NCBI GenBank assembly: GCA_965240325.2
Contig: OZ251226.1
Span: 2,294,001 to 2,358,000 of the forward strand
Source: Rebecca billardiae RCC1528
Lineage: Eukaryota > Protista > Haptophyta
Direction: 5' to 3'
DNA: 64,000 bases
The notes under the pieces were generated by a model. It was not told the origin of the DNA, ran no database searches, and saw only the letters and a program-made list of their open reading frames with translations. Position numbers and translations under genes: made by a program. Numbering within the stretch: the stretch's first letter is position 1; each line of letters opens with the position of its first letter. Below are positions 49,161 through 59,493 of the stretch, in pieces.

Positions 49161-49867
49161 CCGACATGGCACGAGCTCATCCGAAGCCCGTTGTAGTCGG
49201 CATCGCCCGCCGCGACCAGCGCGCTCGATTTTAACTACAGTAGTCGATCGATCCGCAGTGACCGGCGGAATTCTGATGCCGATGACCGTTACTATTACTT
49301 AGTAGTTAGCTGTTAGTTAGCTAACTCTCACTGATCAGACAATCCGCCCGAGTTAATATAAATAGTATGCTGATTAGTATTAATCCCGAGCGCGTAGTCT
49401 GTCTCGGCCCGAGTAGCCCGCTCAGCCCCTCATGTGACAGTCTCATACAGTTTACAGAGTCATGTGGGCAGTAGTCTGTAAACTTGTATACACACATGAT
49501 GGCTACTATATATGTACTCACTATAGCTAGCCAACGGTACTAACACAGTACGGGCGTAGTGCTCAGCCTGGCACGGTCAACGGGGCGCCACGTTGATGAC
49601 ACGTACTGAGTAGTTAACTGATACTGCTCGTCGACAACCGCGCGCGACGTGAGTTAAGAGTATATATACTTTATTCAATATTCGATCTTATCTGTGCGAA
49701 CGTAGCTTATATATATTACGCCCGGGTCAAAAGGCATATCATCTGTTATTTACGTACTAAGCTACAGTAACGTTTGATGAAACTGCCGCAGCCTGAATTC
49801 GTGAGCATGATAGTAGTACGAAGTTTCATTCAAGCAGTACCTCGTACTGCTCGTATTTCGTAACCGT

Positions 49868-50394
49868 TCAACCCTCCTTGCACGCGTTGATTTCCATCTC
49901 GTTCTCCGCATCGGCGATGCACTCATCCTCGGCGACCTCCATTGGCAGATCATCAGCCTTAGTCTGCACAGTGCAACACCGCGCGACACGGACACGAGTC
50001 AGCACGCCATGGAGCGCGCAGCTTGCAGCCATGGGGGGCGCAAGCTGCCGAGACGCACCTTCTTGCCCTTGAACAGCTTCCCAAGGCCGCCCATCGGGTT
50101 GTCTGGCTTCTTCATGTTCGGGAAAAGGTCCTTGATGAACTGTTCGTGTGCGCGCAGGGGTCACCCACGGCATGCACAGCGCAGCCACCAGTTAGAGTAT
50201 GAGCGCGGCACGCGCAGTAAGGTTGATGTCATGCCCAACGCACTGCAACGTACCTTCGGCATCATCTGCACCTCCGCACGGGCCGACGTGCGCGCCAGCA
50301 CACGCGAATGGCGCAGCGGCTGCGCCGTGTAAGCCGTGGCGGCATGGAGCACGCAGGCCAGGACGGCGAAGAGCACGTACGCGATGCGCGGCAT
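49868..50394 (-). CDS. Small hypothetical, probably plastid-targeted protein. Introns 50140-50253 and 49964-50058
   Basis: Spliced product MPRIAYVLFAVLACVLHAATAYT...MMPK|FIKDLFPNMKKP...GKK|TKADD...ECIADAENEMEINACKEG*. Signal peptide plus Arg-rich transit; canonical splice sites. Confidence 0.7.
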
Positions 50395-50870
50395 ACTGGG
50401 TCTCGGCGATCGGGGCGGGCGCGGGCGCGGACGGCGGGTGACCTCCACTGCTCCAGGACCGCGCCGTACACTGCGATTCGTCAGCGGAAATTACTCGAGT
50501 GCATTTTTCGCCACAGTTGAAGCTGCCAAGCCCGAGTAACGGTCCGAAACTTGGAAGGTGAATTATAGTCGGATAAACGGAAAACGCATTTATTTGGGTC
50601 GAACGATGCCGGTTCAGACTTCAGATTCTAGCTCATTCCCGATTTCCCGGCGCCAAGTGAGCGGCCTATGGGCCGTGGGCGACGCGGTGTGGCCCGGCTG
50701 TTTTCGCAACCCACGTCAGGCCTCGGTTCCAGACATCGGCGTGCGGGCGCTGAGGAGCGGGCGCGCACGATGAGCGCTGAAGCCATGAATCACACACAGG
50801 ATGCACTCGCGCCTCCCGCTGTCGCGCAGCGGCAGGTGTCCAAGCTGAGTGCCGCGGGACGCTGGCGAGC

Positions 50871-52601
50871 TCACATCGTGCCGCCAAAGTTGGCAGTGTC
50901 CGGCGCGGCGTCCGGGCTCGTCGTCCACTTGGTAGTGATCTTTCTCACCTGCACGGGGAGGGGGGAGGCACGGGAGCAAGTGAGCATCTCGTCAAGGCGC
51001 AAAGTCACGCACGCGGCCGCACAACCCCGCCATCCGGGGCGCACGCGCCCACCTTTGTGAAGAAGTTCATGCCGCCTTCGCCCGTGATGTCGTGCTCGCC
51101 AAACTTGGAGCGCGAGCCTTCGAGGCCGCCGAACGAGAAGGGCTCGCGGGGCACCGGGACGCCAATGTTAATCCCGACCTGCGCCGCGCCGAACCGGCGC
51201 GAGAAGTAGTCGGCCGTCGCGCCCGACTGCGTGTAGATGCACGCGGCGTTCCCGTGCGGGTCTGCGTTCTCGATCTCGAGCGCCTCCTTCGCATCCTTCG
51301 CTGGGATGACGGCGAGCACGGGGCCGAATATCTCGGCGGTGAGCGCCTCGTGCCCGCGCATGTGTGGCGGGAAGAGCAGAACCGTCGGGCCCACCCACGT
51401 GCCCGCCTGGCCGTCGCACGACCACTGCCGACCGTCGAGCACGACGGTCGCGCCCGCCTTCTCAGCGTCGGTGATGATTCGCACGATGCGATCGCGCGAG
51501 ATCGGGTCGATGACCGGGCCGACGCAGCCGCCGTCCTGCCCACGGCCGAGCGCCCGGGCTTTGGCCACGACAGCTTCGAGCAGCTTCGGCTGCTCGCCGA
51601 TCGTGACGAGCACGGAGGCCGCCATGCATCGCTGCCCCGAGCAGCCCGCAAACGAGGCGACGATATCCGCAGCCGTCATGTCGATCTTGCAGTCGGGAGC
51701 GGCGACGAGGTGGTTCTTCGCACCGCCAAGCGCGATCACCTTCTTCCCGGCCTGGCGCGCGCGGGCGTGCACGAGCTCAGCGACGTGCGACGAGCCGACG
51801 AACGTGAGCGCGGCGATCCCCTTGTGGTCGCACAGCGCGTTCGCCACCTCCGCATCCCCCTGGACCATCTGGAACGCACCGGGCGGCACGCCGGCCTCAG
51901 TCAGCAGCTCGGCTGTGCGCGCCATGGTGAGCGGCACCTTCTCACTTGGCTTGAGGATGACGCAGTTCCCAGCGGTCAGCGCAATCGGAACCGTCCACAT
52001 GGGCACCTGCGAGCGCAGCCGGCCGCGGGGCAGCTTGGTGTGAGCGGCGCACGCACGGCATGCAAGACGCGCACGCAGCGCGCGCGCGCGCGAGCGAGCG
52101 AGCGCGTGCCATGAAGGGGAAGTTGAACGGGACGATGCAGGCCACGACGCCGATGGGGTCACGGATCTCGTGGCACGTGACGCCCGCGCTCACGGTCAGG
52201 TGCTTCCCCTGCGCGAGCTGCGGCATCGAGCACGCCCACTCCACCGTCTCGAGTCCCTTGGCGACATCGCCCGCCGCCTCCACGCGGTTCTTCCCGTTCT
52301 CGCGCATGATCAGGTCGATGAGCTCGTCCTTGTGCTGCTCGACGAGGGAGTGGAATTTGAACATGATGCCTGCGCGCCTCTTGATCGTGAGCTCCGACCA
52401 CTTGGGAAACTGGGCGGAGGCGGCTGCGACGGCGCTGTCAACATCTGCCGCCGCCGACATCTCGACGCGTGCGATCGTGTCTCCCGTCGCCGGCGACGTG
52501 ACGTCGAGCGTGCGCGCGGCCTTGAATGCCGCGTCACGCCACGAACCGGTCCCGGCGATCAGCGGGAGGACGCCATTCGAGAGCTTGCGCTTCGTCGCCA
52601 T
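50871..52601 (-). CDS. ALDH6A1: Methylmalonate-semialdehyde dehydrogenase (ALDH6). GC-AG intron 52007-52109, GT-AG intron 50949-51052
   Basis: PFNFPFM|VPMW, LKPSEKVP, FVGS, LGGAKNH, GQRCMA, EIFGPV, GINIGVPVP...FSFGG. Confidence 0.93.
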
Positions 52602-52854
52602 CAAGCCGGGGTGTCAATGCGGCGCGGGCGGAGCTGATGCACGGCGCGTCCAGCTGCTTGGCAGGTTCGCCGGCTTGATGACGCTTCGTCAGGTTGAGCA
52701 GTGACCGACCGGTTCAATAATTGCTGAGCCGTTGGACTTTACCCCCATCGTTGATCAAGAGTACGGTGCGGAGGACTTGTCCGGTGGCTTTGCGCCAGGC
52801 GCTTGTGAGTCCCTGCGCGCTGCCGCCCGTCGATCTCGTCTCGCCGCGCTCAGC

Positions 52855-54944
52855 ATGCTCGACGATGCGCACAAGAAGAAGCGTTATGACCGGCAGCTCC
52901 GGTGCGTGTGCGACCGACCTGCAGCGCTGCTCGCGCGCGCCTCGCGTGGCGACGGTGCCGCTCACGCCGTCCTGCGGCGCGCACCGTGCCGCGCGCGCAA
53001 ATACTGGGCGCGCAGGATGTGGGGCGAGCATGGGCAGGACGCGCTGGAGCGGTGCACGCTCTGCCTTGTGAACGGCAGCGCGACCGGCACGGAGGCACTC
53101 AAAAACCTTGTCTTGCCCGGTGCGTCCCGCGCCTGAGGCGCCGCGCCTGCACGCACAAGCGCCGCGTCGCACGTTGTGCTCTGACGGCCGCTCGCACGCT
53201 GTTCGCACGCGCGTGCGCGACCCTGCGCTGCGCTGCCGCGGCCGCTTGTGCGTCCTACGCCGGCAGGCATCGGCTCGTTCACAGTGGTGGACGGCCAGCC
53301 CGTCACCGCGCGCGACCTCGGCAACAACTTCTTCCTCGAGGACGCGCACCTCGGCCAGCCGCGCGCGCAGTGCGTGACGGCACTGCTGCAGGAGCTGAAC
53401 GAGCACGTGCGCGGCTCGTACGTGAACGACAGCATCGAGTCGGTGCTCGCGGCGAACCCGACCTTCCTCGACGACTTCAGCCTCGTCGTCGCCACGCAGC
53501 TGCCCGAGTCCTCGCTGCGCGCGCTCGCGGCCGCATGCGCGACGCGCTCGCTGCCGCTCGTCGTGCTGCGTTCGTACGGCCTGTGCGGCGTGGTGCGCCT
53601 CGCGGCGTGCGACCACGTGGTGACGGAGGCGCACCCGGACAACGTGCCGAGCGACCTGCGCGTGTGCTCGCCCTTCCCCGAGCTCCTCGCCTTCGCCTCC
53701 ACCCGCTTCGGCGCGATGGAGTCGCTCTCGGCCGTCGAGCGGAAGCACGTGCCGTACGTCGTGCTGCTGCTGCGCGCGCTCGACGCATACAAGGGCACGC
53801 ATGGCGGCGCGCTGCCGTCGAGCTACAAGGAGAAGCAGGTGGTGAAGGCGTGGCTCAGCGCGACTGCCGAAGCCTGGTTCGGCGTGGGCAACGCCGAGGA
53901 CGCGCTCAACTTCGAGGAGGCGAAGGCGGCGGTGAACACGGCGCTCGCCGCGCCGTCGCTGCCGGCCAACACGCGCGCCGTGCTCGCCGAGGCGGAGGCG
54001 CGGCTGGGCAGCGCGATGAGCAGCGAGGGGAGCACGTCGCCGATCGCGCCGGCAGATGCTACGAGCAACACGTGCGCGCCCCGCGACCCCAGCCGCCGCC
54101 GTGCCCCCGCGCCCATCGGCGCGTGCGGTGCGGTGCGCGGCTGTGGGGCGCCTGCCCGCGCTCACCCGGCGCCCCGCGCGGCGTGCTCGCGGTGCGGTGC
54201 TTCTTTGGCGCTCGCGCGCGCAGGCACTTCTGGGCGATGGCGGCCGGGCTGGCGCGCTATGTGGCGAGCGAGGGCAGGGGCATGCTCCCGCTCCTCGGCT
54301 CGCTCCCCGACATGACCGCCGACACCGACAGCTACGTCGCGCTCTCCGCAGTGTACCGCGAGCGCGCGCTGCACGAGGCGACGGTGGTGCACGCGCACGT
54401 GCAGGCGGTGCTGGCGTCGGCGGGGATGGCGCAGGACGCGGTGGGGCTCGAGCAGACGCGGTTCTTCTGCAAGAACGCGCACGGGCTGCAGTGGATCCGC
54501 TACCGCTCCATCGAGGAGGAGCTCACGCCGTCCACGTCGATGGTCCCGCAGCTCGCGTCGCTCGCGGGCGACGGCAGCACGGCGCCGCTGTTTGCCCTGC
54601 ACACCGTGCTGCGCGCGGCAGACGCGTTTCGCGGGCAGTACAACAGGTGGCCGGGCACGATGGACAACGACATCGAGGCGGACGTGCCGCTGCTCAAGCA
54701 GTTCGTGGGCCACATCCTGACCGAGCTCAAGGCCGCCACCGGCAACGCGGGCCTGACCGTGGGCGACGATCTCGTGTACGAGATCTGCCGGTACGGCGCC
54801 GCCGAGGTGCACTCGGTCGCGTCCGTGGTCGGCGGCGTGGGCGCGCAGGAGGTGATCAAGCTGGTCACGGGGCAGTTTGTGCCCCTGAACAACACCTTCA
54901 TGTACTCCGGCCTGAACGGCACGTGCGCTACCGCCGAGCTGTGA
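52855..54944 (+). CDS. NAE1: NEDD8-activating enzyme E1 regulatory subunit (APP-BP1/AXR1). Introns 52902-53015, 53120-53266, 54072-54223
   Basis: KRYDRQLR|[20 protein letters not shown]|[46 protein letters not shown]...[17 protein letters not shown]. Confidence 0.95.
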
Positions 54945-55707
54945 TTCCCGCCAGTAGGACCGCCCTCCGAGGGCTGCGCCGAGTTCTACGGAGCCATGCT
55001 GCCACGGTTCTGACTGAGGCTGCGCATGCACACAGCAATCAGCATCTACAGGTCTCTGAGTCATCCGAGTCGTAAGACGATCGTCGACGATCTCAGCATC
55101 GGATCGAATACAGCAGCAATCAGATATTATGACCGCGTTCCGCGGTCCTTTTCCGTAGAACGAACGTAGTTCGGGGCCCGCGGTGGCGGTGCACCCTCCG
55201 TCGCACTCGCAGTCGTCTATTGACAGACCAGTTGCATGCCCGTACAACTAGACTCCAGCGGCGCGCCGCTGCGCCCCGGCGCCGGCGCCGCGGGCGCGGG
55301 CCCATCGCAGCCGCCGGCGCGGCGCCCGGATTGTGTACAGGCGGATGCGACGAGGCGTGATCGACGAATGAGCGCGACTCCACGTGCACGCCAGGCCACG
55401 TGGAGCTGACAGCCAGGGAACACTGTGCGGGGCCGCGGATTCGTTCGGGCCGCTGCTGCTGACCGCGCTGTCTGTCGTCACCGCGCGCCGCGGCAGCGCC
55501 AGGAGTAGTCAGTAGATGATTTGCACTGGTCCGAGTAGGGTTCGACCAGCGCCTGCGCGACGGCCGACAGGCGGGCGCGAGGCGTGATCGACGCATGAGC
55601 GCAACTCTATCTACGCGGAGCTGACAGCCAGAGGGAGCACTGTGTGTGCCGAGGTGCGAGGGCACCGGTGATCGTTATTTCGCGCGCCGCGCGTGCACTG
55701 CACGGGG

Positions 55708-56226
55708 TCACGGGGTGACACACCTCGGTCGGGCTCGGCACGCGTCGCAGAGGCACGGCCATCTCTGGGGACGTCGCGCACCACCGTCGCCCGCGCCGCA
55801 GCTCGTCCTCCTAGGTCCGCCCGTCCAGCGCTGCAGACAGACTCGCCGGCGCGGGCCGAGAGTGAGTGCCGCAAAGCGGCTGCCAGCTGTTGGGCCGGGT
55901 GAGGAGGAGGGAGGGAGCCGCTGGCCTGCGGGGCGCGTGGTGAAGTCGGTGATCAGTCGCGTCGCGCTCCCCCTGCCGATTGCGCCCTCGTCCTCCAGCA
56001 CGGTGCGGACCTTGCGAACGAAGTTGTAGATCGACCATTTGGGCACGTTGTACTTCACCGCCGCAGAGGGCACGTCCTGCTCGTGCCTCACGACTGAGAT
56101 GGCAGCAGCGATGCTCTGGAGCGTGCTCTTAGCCACCTTCTTCACTGCCCCGGATTCGAGCAGCACGTTCAATACGCGGCGAGCGCGGTCCTCGTCGGCG
56201 TCGCCAGCTGACGTGCTCGGCATCAT
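55708..56226 (-). pseudogene. ORF with a psq/CENP-B-like helix-turn-helix; possible transposase N-terminal remnant
   Basis: AAISVVRHEQDVPSAAVKYNVPKWSIYNFVRK resembles HTH_psq. No DDE domain follows. Confidence 0.4.
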
Positions 56227-56873
56227 GACCACGTGAGCGCAGAAAAGTGGCCTCGAGCCTGCTCAAGGCCTGCTCAAGTTCGCACAACTGGCTCGCCAGA
56301 GGGCAAAAGGCCAATAGCTACTCCCAATTCCCGAAGGCTGATGATGAATACGCACATGTGCGCCTGATGAATATCGATGATATTCTGCTCGACCCCGTAG
56401 CAGTCCATGAACCATATATATTATAATATGTATGAAAACGAAGCGGTGCAAATGATGTTCTCCAGTAGTGGATACGACCCCGACGAAGCGATTTTATGCC
56501 TGCGTGAACCATACAGCATATGAATCAGTAGTGAATACGACCCCGACGAAGCCAATATATATCGGTTGGTTACTTCGCTGATCCCGTAAGGCCGTGCAAA
56601 AATAGCCTCAAAGAAGCTGACGCTTGTATTGGACTTGTAACCGTCCTACTTCACACTCAAGTGAACTCTCACGCCCGGCCGTCCACGATTGATTAGGGGA
56701 ATGTCGTGGGCGCGGTTTTTTTCTCCGTGATGCATCTGTAGAGAGGGTCTCAAAATTCGAAACTCGGTCTCCGCCAGCCCTAAAAATCGGCCCCCGCGTC
56801 CCTTTTTCTTGATCAAAGATCTTTTTGAAACGTGGTTCGGGCCCGCTGGTGCGGGCTCCACGCTGCGCGCTCC

Positions 56874-56899
56874 GCCCTGCACCGCGGGCCATAACTAGT
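56874..56899 (+). mobile_element. Helitron-like 3' terminus
   Basis: GC hairpin GCCCTGCACCGCGGGC, 5-nt spacer, then CTAG (56895-56898) followed by T. Confidence 0.4.
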
Positions 56900-57353
56900 G
56901 TCGTTCGCACTACTGGCAACATAAAAATCATCAGACTCAGTCAGATCGTATTCGTAGGTCTACGTACGCCGGTACGGTCGCGGCCTTCACTGCTTAATTA
57001 ATACTATTCGATCTGCGCACTACTACATGATGTATGATGAAAATAATACTCAGTATATAGCTTATTCTTTCGTCTGCAGCAGCAGCTGCTGCAGGATTTG
57101 ACAGCGAGACTCACGCAGCGAGTCAGCGACGACGAGACGAAGAGACTTCACCAATGTTAGCCGACTGAAATTCAATGTTCGTCAGCATGCATGTCGTCCA
57201 ACTCTGTCACTGTCGGTCTGTGACAGTCTTAAGCTACTCCTGCAAAGCAGCAGTGGCCGGACTGGCCGCCCCGGGCCCGTCCGGGCCCGCCGAGCTCTTG
57301 CCTCCTGCCCACTCGCGAAGCTACTGCCCGCAGCTGCCATGCGAGCCGCTCGT

Positions 57354-59281
57354 CTACAGCCCCTTTGCGACGACGTGCTCCGCGTGCGCGACCTGCGCCT
57401 CGTGCCAGAGCTCGAGCACGAACGAGTAGTGCACGCACGCCGCGATCACGACCATCACGTGCCAGATGTTGTGCGAGGAGAGGATGAAGTCGAACTTGCC
57501 CGGCGCGACCACCTCCGGGAAGCGGGACAGGTAGAAGACCGTGCCGAAGAGGTACGCGCCCCCCGTGAGCGCCGTGCCGCACAGCACCGAGACCGACAGC
57601 TGGTTGAAGTCGTGGTGGAAGAGCATGTGCGTGATCGGCACGACGCCGCTCAGGCCGAGCCCGGTGAACAGAAAGGTGCGCAACGCGCGGTACCGCTCGT
57701 CGTGGAAGAGGGGCGTGACGGCGAGCACGAGCAGCACGCCGCCCAGCGCGCACATCGCGCCGATGTACAGCGTGCGGTACAGCGTCTCGTTGTAGAAGCC
57801 GTAGTACAGGATGGGCACGAACGAGCCGACGATCAGCGCGGTGATGCCGACGAAGTCGAGCGTGCCCAGCGTGCCCGTCCAGCGCGCGTTCGCCGTGCCA
57901 AACAGGTGGTACACCGCCGAGCCGAGCAGGCAGACCATCGCGGAGGCGAGGAAGAAGTAGATCGGCCTGGAGCCGGGCGCGGCGCGCGGGGCGCGCGGGG
58001 CGCGCGGGGCGCGCGTGAGCGCCCGCGAGCGGCAGCGGCGAGGCGGGCGGGCGTAGCGCCGCGTGTACCCCCCGCGCGCGCGTGGCGCGCGTGGCGCGCG
58101 AGCGCGCGCGAGCGCGCGCACCAGCGCTCGAGGCTCGGAGGGATGGCTGCGTCTGAGAGCGAGTGCAGGAGCGCGTTGGCTTCGCGCTGCATCGTCGCCA
58201 GCTCGGGCACGTGGGGCAGCGCGGCGACGAGCGCGCTGAGCTGCAGCCCGGTCAGCCCGAGCGTGCGGTTGAGCAGCGCGCCGCCCGCCTCCGCCGCGTG
58301 GTGCGTCAGATCGCTCGCGAGGTCGACGCCGTGAGACAGCTGGCCGGCCGTCAGGTCGAAGAGGCCACCGGCCGCACTCGCGGTCACGTTGGCGATGGCG
58401 CGGGGCGAGGCGAGGCGGCGCGCGCGCGCGACGAGGGCGCCGAGCCGGCCCGGCGGCGGCGGAGGGCGCGCGCTCGGCGGCGGCGACGATGCGTCGCGCT
58501 TACGCCCCCGCCGTCGGCGCGGCTCCGCCTCCGCGTGCGCCGAAGGAGGCGACGGCGCGCCCACCGCGGCGTGCGCAGCGGCGGCGGCACCCTCGGAGAG
58601 CCAACCCGGCAGTGAGACGTTGAAGGTAGGCAGGCGCACGCTCGCGAGCTGGTGGACGGCACGGCGCCTCAGGTCGGCCGCGCCGTGCGCGCTCGCGTTC
58701 AGGGCGCGCAGCGTCTCCGCCACCGTCGCCTCGAGCGCGTGCATGGGCAGAGACGCGGGCGCGGCGAGCACGCGCGACGCGCGCACGAGCTGCTCGTGGC
58801 TCACGGTGGAGAGGGTGAGGTTGCGCACGCAGGCTGCGCGCTCGGGCGAGTCCATGCACGCGCGCAGAGGCGCGGGCAGCCGCACGTCGGCCGCGCCGCC
58901 CGCCATCAGCGCCGTGTACACGATGAGGCAACCAAACAGCAGGAAGCCAGCCAGGTGCGTCCACACGTTCATCGTCTCGTTGTGCCAGACGAAGAGGGAG
59001 CGGAGGGACTGCGTGAAGGTGAGGTTGTGCAGGCGGTACCCGGAGAGCACGCCATGGTACACGAACTGCGGCGCGCTCTCACCTCGGGACAGCATGGCCT
59101 CCTTCAGAGTGCCGAGGCGCACGAACATCGGCGAGCGGGGCGACGCGCTCACATCGGCGTCGGCAGCTGCGCCAGGGCGTGCACCCTTCGAGGACGACGA
59201 CGAGGGTACTTGCGGTGCCGGCTCACCCGGTACCGCGTCGTCCGTGCCTGCGGCCGGCTGCTTGACCCCGCGGCGCCGCAT
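57354..59281 (-). CDS. PAQR/adiponectin-receptor (HlyIII) family membrane protein. Intron 57967-58121
   Basis: LSGYR, SLFVWHNETMNVWTHL, SAVYHLF, LDFVGI, RFPE..PGKFD...SSHNIWHVMV. Confidence 0.93.
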
Positions 59282-59493
59282 TCGAGGCGCGTCTCCGAGG
59301 CTGGGCAAACGCTCTTCACCGGCAGCGAATCTTGCCGCCAGCGGCCGCCGCTCCAGCACTCGTCCTCAATCCCATTGGTCCGCGCACGTGCGCGCGCGGC
59401 GAATTTAACTTTTGGCCGCGAACCCGAATCGGCGCTTTCCGGTCCGCGAGCAGCTCGCATCAGCACGATGGCGGCGATCGCGCACACGGGCTG

